From assembly GCA_002269645.1 (NCBI GenBank), contig NIVC01002270.1:1-43462 (forward strand): a DNA stretch of 43,462 bases, in the 5' to 3' direction. Position numbers and translations under genes: made by a program. Origin of the DNA: Macrostomum lignano (taxonomy: Eukaryota). The notes under the pieces were generated by a model. That model had not been told where the DNA came from. It saw nothing but the letters and a program-made list of their open reading frames with translations, and did no database searches. Shown piece after piece: positions 1-11,305 of this stretch; the first letter of the stretch is position 1; each line of letters begins with the position of its first letter.

Positions 1-282
1 AACTCCTCGTAGTCAGCGGTTCCTCTGCATCAGGTCCGGGGAGATTCAGATTATCGACGGCAGCATACGCGGTCGAGAGGTCGAGCAGACTCATGAGATG
101 TTTCGGCGATGTTCTTCAGCAATCGCGGCCGACTCGCAGTACGCATTGAAGGAACGCAGCCACAGCCGAAAGTTCATGTTCGGCACGTACTTCGCTGGTT
201 TCGGTAGCCTCGGAGGCTGTGCCGGCCCATCCGCGCGAAGACGCTCGGCTAACAGTCGAATCAAATCGTCTACATCCGCCAT
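1..282 (-). mobile_element. gag: Ty3/gypsy-like LTR retrotransposon gag N-terminus (runs off the window edge; two apparent 1-bp deletions)
   Basis: ATG at 282, 21 nt after the PBS. Reads MADVDDLIRLLAERL...PKPAKYVPNMNFRLWLRSFNAYCESAAIAEEHRRNI. Adding one base near 97 continues LMSLLDLSTAYAAVDNLNLPG..., and one near 12 gives LTYEE. This matches the general pattern of metazoan gypsy-type gag N-termini (recognised from memory, not searched). Confidence 0.7.
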
Positions 283-303
283 AGCACTTAACTAATTGGA
301 GCA

Positions 304-320
304 GTCCCTGTTCGGCGCCA
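304..320 (-). other. Primer binding site complementary to the tRNA-Lys(UUU) 3' end
   Basis: Minus strand reads TGGCGCCGAACAGGGAC versus the canonical Lys3 PBS TGGCGCCCGAACAGGGAC (one C missing from the run). It lies 1 nt after ...TATAACA (LTR end) and just before the gag ATG. Confidence 0.85.
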
Positions 321-321
321 A

Positions 322-1120
322 TGTTATACTCGCGGGCTGCGATCTCGTCTAGCCCGGTCGTTTTGTTTCCCCGGGTAGCGGTTCGGTGCGGGACTGCCCG
401 GGCGCCGGCGGAGGGATGGACAGAGGACGAACGACTGGCGCTCCTCGAGGCGGATGGCCACTCCGAGGGGAAGAGGAAGAGATGCGACCCGGGGCGCACA
501 GGCACTCCTTGGTCACGGAAGGCTCGGGGTACTTCCGCGGTCAGCGGAGCGGATAGCCACTCAGAGCCGGCCCGGGAGTCACCGAGGTGAATGTGGAACG
601 AGGTGAAGGTGAAGGATTGGCCGGGGCGTACAGACACTCCAGACCAATCAAGAGATACGAGGTGATGGATTAGCTGGGGCGTACAGACACTCCAAGCCAA
701 TCGAAGAGTGCAGGTGAGCAAGGGGGTGAGTAGGTGAAGCGATGAGGCGGCGAGGATGGAGGGAAGACACGTGCAGAGAGCCCCAAAAAACGCGAACGCA
801 ACCCGAATAAACGTAATTTAAGCTCACCGGGCGGGGTCAAATCGACTCATGCAACGCAGTTTATTTGGCCGTAGTAACTGTTCTGGCAGCTCGGAGACGG
901 CGGGTGGCACGGATTAGCTTGCTACGAAGTGTTCCGATAGTTTGCAGGGCTCGTGCAGTTTTGTACTTTTATGATAGTTTTCTTACTCAGTTGCTGGTGT
1001 AGCTCTAACCGCAAAAACCAAGCCGCGTGCCACCGGCCGGCTCCAAGCCAGCTAATAAATAGTATGCCAAAAAATGGGGGAGTGGGCCAAACCGGCCTGA
1101 GCGCAAATACTCACACAACA
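322..1120 (-). mobile_element. Putative 5' LTR (inner end firm, outer end uncertain)
   Basis: Inner end ...AACA abuts the PBS. A candidate outer end TGTT.. lies at 1120. AATAAA on - near 860-865. Internal direct repeat GGGGCGTACAGACACTCCA at about 625 and 677. The second LTR and TSD are outside the window, so the boundary is unverified. Confidence 0.35.
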
Positions 1121-1139
1121 GACCCCGCGAGCACCCCAC

Positions 1140-1328
1140 CCTAGCCCAGCCAATCAAAACACGCGCTGGGTAAGGCTTTACGCACGAGGGGGGGGGTTAG
1201 AAAAGCGAGGTCTGCCGGCCCAGCCAGCCAATCAGACCACACGCCGGCTGCCTAAAACCAAAGCCGGCTGAACCAACTCAAACCAGCTAGGCCGGCAGAC
1301 CGGGCGGTTCGCATGCACCAAAAAAAAC
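1140..1328 (+). promoter_or_regulatory. Probable proximal promoter of the TP53I11-like gene with two CCAAT boxes
   Basis: AGCCAATCA (NF-Y consensus) with CCAAT at 1150-1154 and 1228-1232; GC-rich; directly upstream of AAAAAAAC-ATG. Confidence 0.4.
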
Positions 1329-1342
1329 ATGTTGATGAGAAG
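1329..1342 (+). CDS. TP53I11: TP53I11/PIG11 homolog, exon 1 (MLMR + AG)
   Basis: A-rich context ATG. The phase-2 donor (AG|GTCATT, weak) matches the phase-2 acceptor at 1505, giving [17 protein letters not shown], similar to human LMKKHSQTDLVSRLK. Confidence 0.6.
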
Positions 1343-1366
1343 GTCATTGTGGCGCAGGCCACAACA

Positions 1367-1490
1367 CACTCACTGAGCATGTGCACTCACTGAGCATGTG
1401 CAGTCACTGAGCATGTGCAGTCACTGAGCATGTGCAGTCACTGAGCATGTGCAATCACTGAGCATGTGCAATCACTGAGCATGTGCACTC
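1367..1490. repeat. 17-bp minisatellite (CACTGAGCATGTGCAGT) x7 in TP53I11 intron 1
   Basis: Seven near-identical units with an imperfect palindromic core. Confidence 0.95.
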
Positions 1491-1504
1491 AAACCCAACC
1501 GCAG

Positions 1505-1705
1505 GAAGCAGAGCAGCGGGGATCTAGTCAGCCGACTCAAAACCCGGAAACTACTCGGTGTGGCGAGACAGACGACGGAGACGTTCACCGGTCGAAGCTG
1601 AGCCAGATCCTCGGTCACAGCGACCAGCTGCACAGCCGGCTGCCGAATGGGACCAAGGAATGGCAGCTGGTCACCGCCGCGCTGTACACATGCGTTGGAC
1701 TCGCC
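1505..1705 (+). CDS. TP53I11: TP53I11/PIG11 homolog, exon 2 (apparent 1-bp deletion at 1562-1563)
   Basis: Acceptor CCGCAG|, donor |GTAAGA. With one G restored: [37 protein letters not shown]...EWQLVTAALYTCVGLA, versus human (recalled) [33 protein letters not shown]...VWQFVSAVLFSGIAIM. Confidence 0.9.
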
Positions 1706-1771
1706 GTAAGATCAACATGCATTTTTCGGTTTTGTAAGAATTACTTTTTTACAAACAATTGCATTTTTCAG

Positions 1772-1850
1772 ACAGTTCTAAAGCCGGAATTGATGTACGC
1801 CTGTCCCAGGCAGCAGTTGGCGATGAGGCTGTACGGCTGCTGTTTGACCA
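1772..1850 (+). CDS. TP53I11: TP53I11/PIG11 homolog, exon 3
   Basis: Acceptor TTTTTCAG|. TVLKPELMYACPRQQLAMRLYGCCLT aligns with human TPIRLYGGALLS. The donor GTTGAGT is atypical (GTGAGT plus one T). Confidence 0.8.
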
Positions 1851-1947
1851 GTTGAGTAGCTTTGAGTCCTAATGATTGCGTGTGTGGCTGTTTAAATATG
1901 CGTGTACTAACGAAATCCTCTTTCATACTGCCTGACTGCCTTTTTAG

Positions 1948-2049
1948 GCATTTCTGCTGGGTACTGGATGGCTTGGAGGTCGCTGGACCGAGAAGTGGCT
2001 CAGTTCTCCCTGCTGTGCGCCCTGGGGCACTGCGGCTTGCAGATCCTCG
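1948..2049 (+). CDS. TP53I11: TP53I11/PIG11 homolog, exon 4
   Basis: Acceptor TTTTTAG|, donor |GTAACT. SISAGYWMAWRSLDREVAQFSLLCALGHCGLQIL aligns without gaps to human [34 protein letters not shown]. Phases are consistent. Confidence 0.85.
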
Positions 2050-2052
2050 GTA

Positions 2053-2527
2053 ACTGGCTGACTGACTGACTGACTGACTGACTGACTGACTGACTGACTG
2101 ACTGACTGACTGACTGACTGACTGACTGACTGACTGACTGACTGGCTGACTGACTGACTGACTGACTGACTGACTGACTGACTGACTGACTGACTGACTG
2201 ACTGACTGACTGACTGACTGACTGACTGACTGACTGACTGACTGACTGACTGACTGACTGACTGACTGACTGACTGACTGACTGACTGACTGACTGACTG
2301 ACTGACTGACTGACTGACTGACTGACTGACTGACTGACTGACTGACTGACTGACTGACTGACTGACTGACTGACTGACTGACTGACTGACTGACTGACTG
2401 ACTGACTGACTGACTGACTGACTGACTGACTGACTGACTGACTGACTGACTGACTGACTGACTGACTGACTGACTGACTGACTGACTGACTGACTGACTG
2501 ACTGACTGACTGACTGACTGACTGACT

Positions 2528-2570
<43 letters not shown>

Positions 2571-3018
2571 TGACTGACTGACTGACTGACTGACTGACTG
2601 ACTGGCTGACTGGCTGGCTGACTGACTGACTGACTGACTGACTGACTGACTGACTGACTGACTGGCTGGCTGACTGACTGACTGACTGACTGACTGACTG
2701 ACTGACTGACTGACTGACTGACTGACTGACTGACTGACTGACTGACTGACTGACTGACTGACTGACTGACTGACTGACTGACTGACTGACTGGCTGACTC
2801 GCTCACTCACTCACTCACTCACTCACTCACTCACTCACTCACTCACTCACTCACTCACTCACTCACTCACTCACTCACTCACTCGCTGACTCGCTCACTC
2901 ACTCACTCACTCGCTCACTCACTCACTCACTCGCTCACTCACTCGCTCACTCACACACTCACTCACTCACTCACTCACTCACTCACTCACTCACTCACTC
3001 GCTCACTCACTCACTCAC
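2053..3018. repeat. (ACTG)n then (ACTC)n microsatellites filling TP53I11 intron 4
   Basis: ACTG to about 2797, ACTC to about 3018; explains the SQSV-repeat ORFs. Confidence 0.98.
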
Positions 3019-3024
3019 CCGCAG

Positions 3025-3266
3025 TAGCCGCTGCTGCCTTGTTGTTCAGCGAGCCTGCAATCTTGCCTCAGTCGATGTGCCACCGCTGGCCGCTGCTGCT
3101 GTGGCTGTTGGCGCAGCCGGCAGTCCTGCTGTCGGGCATGTGGATGCTGCGTGCCATGCTGCGCAGTCGCCGCAGGTTCAGCAAGCCGCTGGTGACCAAC
3201 AGCAGCTGCAGCCCGGCCCACCAGTGCCATTCTGAGCAGCCGTCGCTTGAGCAGCAGCTTCGTTAA
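3025..3266 (+). CDS. TP53I11: TP53I11/PIG11 homolog, exon 5 (terminal)
   Basis: Acceptor CCCGCAG|, phase 1. Hydrophobic segment WPLLLWLLAQPAVLLSGMWML followed by basic RSRRRFSK; TAA at 3264-3266. Joined CDS is 638 nt, +1 = 212 aa. Confidence 0.75.
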
Positions 3267-3589
3267 AAAAAGGGAAAAAAACGAAGAAAACGTTGTTGCA
3301 ATTTTACTACTCTAAAAAGCCTTTTACACTACTGATAGTAGAAAACTTTGATTATAAATGACACAATCATTTTAATATGTATAAAATCTACATTTATACA
3401 ATCAATGTGAGTTTTTTATCCCCATGTCAGTGCTGCATGCTCAGCAGCAGATAATCCCATCCCTGACTCCTGAAGTTGAGCCATTGTAACGATGTAACGA
3501 TGAAGAAAATCACCAGAATTCAGAAAATATTTGGGACTTGCGTGTTGCCCTGTGGGTTGTCATTGTCATGAGATTCACAGCCATGAGGT

Positions 3590-3668
3590 CCAGCCACCAA
3601 GGCACACAGAGTGTACATGCCTGATGATTGGAAAGTCAGGGCTGCTGTACACCCTGCGTGAGCGTGTG
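3590..3668. repeat. Dispersed copy of the arm of the foldback element at 33051-33576
   Basis: AAGGCACACAGAGTGTACATG..GAAAGTCAGGGC..TGTACACCC..GTGAGCG matches the reverse complement of about 33495-33563. Confidence 0.8.
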
Positions 3669-4387
3669 TATGGTTTTTCATTCTCAGTAGTCTCATACAC
3701 AGTGCGTCATAAATTATATCGATACAATTTATCTGTCACGAACTCATCATGCATACTCGTAGTTGGAGCTGTTCATTTCGGTTTTCAAAAATGATTTGTC
3801 AGATTTTAAATCGCGATAACCGATCAATGAAGTAGCGGAGCGCTGGCTCACTTAGCAATTCATTGGACTCCATGAGGGGCTCTGCATGTCACACAAATGA
3901 CCTGAGAATTACCAGCAGCTTTCCTCTGCAGTGATTGCAATTAACATCAGCCCGATATGCTGGTTGGTCTCTCAAGTTTGTCTGAAGCTAGAGTGAAATT
4001 TCTGTGGCAGTGGGAGGAGTTCGCCAGGAGGATCTGATGATTGCGCGCATGTCCTGACAGCTTCTTGGAATCCCCTATCCCACATTTCCTACAACCAGTA
4101 CCCTTATTCTATCTACCAAGACCAACGTTTGTGAGGCACTTGAGCATCTGTTCTCAAGTGCTTCGGTGGAATTCGCGTGTTTGAAAAGGGTGCCAAGGTT
4201 GTTATATAATTATAAGGCAGCTCCAGTTCCTGGTTTTAGCTCAGTAGTCATAAACAGTTGTCATTGTCCAAAGGAATTCGATAATTGTTTAAGAGGGGAA
4301 ATCAAAGCGTATGAAAATAAACTTCGAACAAAAATGTGGGACAGACCAATTTTCGTTGAATCCGTGAGATGAAGAAGCTTTGAGCTT

Positions 4388-5777
4388 TGCCATCATAAAC
4401 CCGAAGTATCACAATCCCGAAATATCATAATCCCGAAAACCAAAATAGTGTTGGATATTGCTAGAACTTTCCGAGTTGTGATATTTCGGGTTTATTATAC
4501 TTCGAGTTCTGATATTTCGGGTTTGTGATATTTCGGGTTTGTGATATTTCGGGTTTGTGATGTTTCGGGTTTGTGATATTTCGGGTTTGTGATGTTTCGG
4601 GTTTGTGATGTTTCGGGTTTGTGATATTTCGGGTTTGTGATGTTTCGGGTTTGTGAAATTTCGGGTTTGTGATGTTTCGGGTTTGTGATGTTTCGGGTTT
4701 GTGATGTTTCGGGTTTGTGATGTTTCGGGTTTGTGATGTTTCGGGTTTGTGATGTTTCGGGTTTGTGATATTTCGGGTTTGTGATGTTTCGGGTTTATGA
4801 CATTTCGGGTTTATGATACTTCGAGTTCTGATATTTCGGGTTTGTGATATTTCGGGTTTGTGATATTTCGGGTTTGTGATATTTCGGGTTTGTGATGTTT
4901 CGGGTTTGTGATATTTCGGGTTTGTGATGTTTCGGGTTTGTGATGTTTCGGGTTTGTGATGTTTCGGGTTTGTGATATTTCGGGTTTGTGATGTTTCGGG
5001 TTTGTGATGTTTCGGGTTTGTGATATTTCGGGTTTGTGATGTTTCGGGTTTGTGAAATTTCGGGTTTGTGATGTTTCGGGTTTGTGATGTTTCGGGTTTG
5101 TGATGTTTCGGGTTTGTGATGTTTCGGGTTTGTGATGTTTCGGGTTTGTGATGTTTCGGGTTTGTGATATTTCGGGTTTGTGATGTTTCGGGTTTATGAC
5201 ATTTCGGGTTTATGATACTTCGAGTTCTGATATTTCGGGTTTGTGATATTTCGGGTTTGTGATATTTCGGGTTTGTGATATTTCGGGTTTGTGATGTTTC
5301 GGGTTTGTGATGTTTCGGGTTTGTGATGTTTCTGGTTTGTGATATTTCGGGTTTGTGATGTTTCGGGTTTGTGATGTTTCGGGTTTGTGATATTTCGGGT
5401 TTGTGATGTTTCGGGTTTATGATATTTCGGATTTTTATGATACTTCGAGTTATGATATTTCGGGTTTGTGATATTTCGGGTTTGTGATATTTCGGGTTTG
5501 TGATATTTCGGGTTTGTGATGTTTCGGGTTTATGATATTTGGGGTTTATGATATTTCGGGCTTCTGATATTTCGGGCTTGTGATATTTCGGGTTTGTGAT
5601 ATTTCGGGTTTATAATGGAATGAGCTTTTCTGACTTGTGATATTTCGGGTTTGTGATATTTCGGGTTTATAATGGAATGAGCTTTTCTGACTTGTGATTT
5701 TTCGGGTTTGTGATATTTCGGGTTTATAATGGAATGAGCTTTTCTGACTTGTGATTTTTCGGGTTTAGGATGCCCCA
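4388..5777. mobile_element. MITE/foldback-like element with a 16-bp internal array (GATATTTCGGGTTTGT)n
   Basis: Left end CATCATAAACCCGAA.. is inverted relative to right end ..TTCGGGTTTAGGATG. A few inverted units lie at the left end and about 80 units in the body. No TSD identified. Confidence 0.6.
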
Positions 5778-7085
5778 TAAAACAGACAAATCCTTCCCTC
5801 TAAAATTTCAAATAATTTTCTTTATTTTGTGTTTTTTATCAAAGTTTTTTGAAGTATTTTCAAAAGTTGTGACCAAATGTCCTGTGTGCGACTCTCCCTT
5901 GCCCATGCACATGGCGCACGTGTCTGTGAAAATGCTCCACTTGAATAAAACACACGAGTTAGTCAGTAGACCGCTATACAAACTCATTCATGAGAACAGC
6001 ACAGAAATCAAGATAAGAAGGCAATGCTCCTTCCTGCACTGCTTCATGCTTTGTCTGCGGAACCACTTGAGTTGAAAATGATTTCTTTTGAAGTAGAAAA
6101 AACAGATTAAGCTTGTGTAGCTACCGTTTGATAAAGATTGCAGATTCCTCCATCCGTTCATCTTGCGCCCCCCTAGCAACCAAGATCAGTTATCGATAAG
6201 CGGCTCCTTTCTGTGTTTTCATTGTAATTTTTTTTTATTGTTGAAAATTTATAACTTTTGGTCAGACTAATTTTAATGCAGGCATCATCGAGTGCATCGG
6301 TTGCACTCCCCCCAAAGTAAATAAATTTGCTCCGTCAGGTGAGACAACAAAGGTTGCTGCTGATATTCCATTAATAATGGGCCTAATTGATTATAAATTG
6401 GATTGTTTGCTAAAACCACTTGTACCCCCGGTATTTCTGGTGACGCCAATTTAAGATATGCGATGATTTTCGAACTGGCGGGTGCATTAATTCCATTCTG
6501 GAAACTGGGCCGAACTGAAAAGGCAGCGGCTTCGCAACCAAAACCTTTAATAGCCTGCAGCTTGCTAATTGCTTTCAAGTTTCGGCTGGCGCAGGCAGCA
6601 AAAAAATCCCCAATCAAAATCTTCCCCGAATGGAAAATTCTGCCAATCAATTTCCGCTGCCGGTGCACAAATTAATCAAGGCAATTGCCTAATGATTGCT
6701 CCAACCTTGATGGACACCATACAGTCCGCCAAGCAGGGTAACAGTTGTAATAATCCCCCCATTCAGCTTCTTGCTGAATTTTATCAACATCTTGATCAAG
6801 CTAGGTATACAGCGGTATAAAAGCTCAGCCGAAATATCCTGGCATTGGGGAGGGGGGATTTAATAAGGGATTTTGTTTGCAGAGATGACCTGTCAGGTAT
6901 TTCATCTAGCAGGCCAACACAATCGGATGCCTGGGTGTGTAGCTGCGCAGCCTGCAGTCTGTCAGTCATTTATTTCAGAGAGCAAATGAGGCGCAAAAAT
7001 TACTGCATGGTTGACTGTGCGTGTGGTCCCGGGCCAGCGCCAGTTACAGTGGCTGTGCTAATAGTGATCGGTGCATCAGTTTGAT

Positions 7086-8428
7086 AGGAGATAAGAGAGG
7101 AGAAATTAAAGAGATGGGAGATAGGAGAGGAGAGGAAGGAGAGAGGTGAGAGGAGATGAGAGAGGGAGAGGAGATATGAGAGGTGGGAGGAGATGAGAGA
7201 GGGTGAGAGGAGATGAGAGAGGTGAGAGGAAATAAGAGAGGGTGAGAGGAGATGAGAGAGGTGAGAGGAGATGAGAGAGGGTGAGAGGAGATGAGAGAGG
7301 GTGAGAGGAGATGAGAGAGGTGAGAGGAGATGAGAGAGGTGAGAGGAAATAAGAGAGGTGAGAGGAGATGAGAGAGGTGAGAGGAGATGAGAGAGGTGAG
7401 AGGAGATGAGAGAGGTGAGAGGAGATGAGAGAGGTGAGAGGAGATGAGAGAGGTGAGAGGAGATGAGAGAAGTGAGAGCAAATAAGAAAGGGTGAGAGAA
7501 GAGATAAAAGAGGGTGAGAGGAGATAAGAGAGGGTGAGAGGAGATGAGAGAGGTGAGAGGAAATAAGAGAGGTGAGAGGAGATGAGAGAGGTGAGAGGAG
7601 ATGAGAGAGGTGAGAGGAGATGAGAGAGGTGAGAGGAGATGAGAGAGGTGAGAGGAAATAAGAGAGGGTGAGAGGAGATGAGAGAGGTGAGAGGAAATAA
7701 GAGAGGGTGAGAGGAGATGAGAGAGGTGAGAGGAAATAAGAGAGGGTGAGAGGAGATGAGAGAGGTGAGAGGAAATAAGAGAGGGTGAGAGGAGATGAGA
7801 GAGGTGAGAGGAGATGAGAGAGGGTGAGAGGAGATGAGAGAGGGTGAGAGGAGATGAGAGAGGTGAGAGGAGATGAGAGAGGTGAGAGGAGATGAGAGAG
7901 GTGAGAGGAGATGAGAGAGGTGAGAGGAAATAAGAGAGGTGAGAGGAGATGAGAGAGGTGAGAGGAGATGAGAGAGGTGAGAGGAGATGAGAGAGGTGAG
8001 AGGAGATGAGAGAGGTGAGAGGAAATAAGAGAGGGTGAGAGGAGATGAGAGAGGTGAGAGGAAATAAGAGAGGGTGAGAGGAGATGAGAGAGGTGAGAGG
8101 AAATAAGAGAGGGTGAGAGGAGATGAGAGAGGTGAGAGGAAATAAGAGAGGGTGAGAGGAGATGAGAGAGGTGAGAGGAGATGAGAGAGGGTGAGAGGAG
8201 ATGAGAGAGGGTGAGAGGAGATGAGAGAGGTGAGAGGAGATGAGAGAGGTGAGAGGAAATAAGAGAGGTGAGAGGAGATGAGAGAGGTGAGAGGAGATGA
8301 GAGAGGTGAGAGGAGATGAGAGAGGTGAGAGGAGATGAGAGAGGTGAGAGGAGATGAGAGAGGTGAGAGGAGATGAGAGAGGTGAGAGGAGATGAGAGAA
8401 GTGAGAGGAGATGAGAGAGGTGAGAAGC
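7086..8428. repeat. Purine-rich 19/20-bp minisatellite (GAGAGGAGATGAGAGAGGT)n
   Basis: Direct reading; explains the SSPL/SHL ORF on -. Confidence 0.95.
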
Positions 8429-9600
8429 AGTTCAGACAGGCCACTCAGCCGATTCCGACCCGAGCAGATGGGACAGTCAAGGCCGGCAGGTCCCTATAGA
8501 GCTGGTCACGGACGCAGGCAGGTAGAAATCAGTGTCTGCACGACGAGCCAAACGATTGAACCGGTTGCGCAAACTCCCTTTTGCGCCCCCCCGCCTCAAA
8601 GCGCGCGTGTGAAGCTGCAACCCCCTTCCAACAGTAGCTGCCTGCAGTCTAACCCATGCGAAATCCCAATTAGGTATTAAGCAATTATTACAAGGAAATT
8701 AGAATTGCACAACAAAATGCTTAATGAAGCTTGCAAAGCTAAAGGCTAATGATATGGCCCTGTCTTCACCCATGCAGCATCAACATGTTTATTTTTATTG
8801 CAATACTGGGGTTGCCCCCCCCGCTGAGTGGGCTGGCGGCTCTAAATTAAGGGATAAATCCATTCTAATATGGTGTAATAGCACAATGATGATGGCCACA
8901 TGTGCAACAGTGAGTAAATGACAGTTCAAAATGCTAGCTTTCGCCTATTATAGGAAATAAACTGATTAAAAACGGACGGACTGTAGCAGATATAATTATA
9001 ACATTTCTTCGCTAAATCAGCTGGGATCTTTCACCGACACTGCATGGATAGGAGCGATTTGAGGGAAAATCTTGGCCTAAAACTTTATCTAGCATAGAAG
9101 TTTTGCCGCCTCATAGTCCAGTTTCAATTAACGGTTGGGGATAATTATCCCCAAAAATATCCCAACACCCAAATATAGATTTGCCTTGTTCGTCACCTGC
9201 GCGAAAAAGCTGTTTCATGGAATTCCCCATGCAGACGTAAAGCCAAGGCATATGTCTCTGGATTAATTCTATTCCTCAAACGATTAAGTTGATAAGCTTT
9301 TCTGAGAAACAACGATTAGGCACGCACTGCTCTGGTGGGTTATGAAAGCAGCTGGCGGAGTGCCTCAGACTATAGGGAACAGGACAGACTCAGATTACCC
9401 TAAATTATGGGGCGGAGGCGCACGAACTCAGGCCCAGACTCATCTGCTGGAACAGAGCCCCAGCAACAACCGTCATGACCTCCCAGAAGGTCGATCGTAA
9501 AAACGTTTAATCATAATTTTCACAATTTGTCAACAAAAAGGTTGATAAAAACACGAATTTTCAAGCTTGATTGGCGCTGAAAATTCTTGCCTCTGAGATG

Positions 9601-9954
9601 AAGTTTAAGTCTGATAAAGTTTAGGTCTGATAAAGTTTAGGTCTGATAAAGTTTAGGTCTGATAAAGTTTAGGTCTGATATAGTTTAGGTCTGATAAAGT
9701 TTAGATCTAATAAAGTTTAGATCTGATAAAGTTTAGATCTGATAAAGTTTAGATCTGATAAAGTTTAGGTCTGATAAAGTTTAGGTCTGATAAAGTTTAG
9801 ATCTGATAAAGTTTAGGTCTGATAAAGTTTAGGTCTGATAAAGTTTAGATCTGATAAAGTTTAGATCTGATAAAGTTTAGATCTGATAAAGTTTAGATCT
9901 GATAAAGTTTAGGTCTGATAAAGTTTAGGTCTGATAAAGTTTAGGTCTGATAAA
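9601..9954. repeat. 16-bp minisatellite (GTCTGATAAAGTTTAG) about x22
   Basis: Direct reading. Confidence 0.95.
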
Positions 9955-11305
9955 TTGGATGCTTAAATTTTTCAGGCCATGTAAGATTTAGGTGTTTTGA
10001 AAGCACCAACGGTCCAGTGCCCAGTGCCACTTCCTATGTGGCAGGACAATAGCAAGCATAAAGGAGGCCGCGGAGTTGAAAGAAGCTGCTTTCAGACCTC
10101 AAAGCGATGAAGCGGATGCTTTTCCATAGAATTGGAAATTGAAAACAGACAGCCAGGAAATGCCATTTTGCTGGTTTAGTTCGCAAGAAAGGAGCAATTT
10201 TAAGGGCCAGGCTTCCTTTGGCACTTCCGGAATTAAATTATGGCAGATTATTGAGAAATTTCACTTTCGATGATGGAGATGCTGCTAGTTTGTGATTGGG
10301 GGTCAAGGGATGCGATGTACATGCGCGCTCTGTTTGTATATGTACATGCGTTCTCGAGTAAATATAAGAATAGCTCCACCCTTCGGGTGAGGGTTTGAAT
10401 TTTGTTTTCTGGACTAAACCTGACTGGCTTGTCTCTCGCTCACCACACTGACTGTTTGGGGCACTGAACGTTTCGTGTCGACCTGCCTGAGGCTGAGGCC
10501 CGCACACCCTGGTTCTGCAATCATGGCTAAATTAATCTCGACTTGATCCTCCCCAAACAGCTACAAATTACAATCAATAAGCCATGTTAAGGTGAAGATT
10601 GTTACGGGTGTCACCTGATCTCACGCGGCGGCTCAAAATTCACGGATTAAAAAAGTGGGGGGAGTCGGAGAGAAAGGAAAGGAGGCGGGGTAGCGCTCGG
10701 AGGACAAAGATGGGGATGAATGAGGCGCATTGATTGGGAGAAAAGAGAAAGGGATTTGGGAAGCTGAGTGACTGGCCTATTTGGTGCTGAGTGACGGACG
10801 GCTTGCAGAAGCTGTTTTAGCTTCATCATCATGCAAGGGAAGCTGGCGGCGGCCCCGCACGCGAACTCTTTGAATAGAGGGCGGAAGCGAAGAAAATTGG
10901 TGCCTCATCATCATTGCCACCTTCCCTCCTCTTTCCAGCTTCCTCAGTTCCTGCGCTATTCTTCTCGGGCCCAAAGACCCAAGCCGCAATGTGGTCATTA
11001 GCCCATTAGCAGTGCGCCTCCCCAAGCCCAGCCCAATGTCCCCTCCCCCCCAAATTAATTCCCCCAGCCTCCACGTGCGTGGAAGAAAACATGGAGCCGA
11101 TGCACCGCAGCTGATTGGCCAGCTTGGCACAGCTGATGGCGTGGCGGACCTGTCGGTATTGGCTGCTCAGGGGAGCAGTGAAATCCACTCTCTCCCATCC
11201 CAACCCCAACTCCTGCCGTCCCAACAGCTCAGCGCCTTATATTAATTTCAAATTGCGCTTCAACTTTCTTAAGACAAATTGTATGAAGACCAGCATTGAT
11301 TAGCC

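Noticed and set aside
321-590. 89-aa + strand ORF beside the PBS
   Set aside because: It lies antisense within the presumed LTR, with no recognisable domain.
6285-6675. Overlapping ORFs of 127 aa (-) and 90 aa (+)
   Set aside because: No recognisable domain or splice-consistent partners; TAAT-rich sequence looks regulatory.
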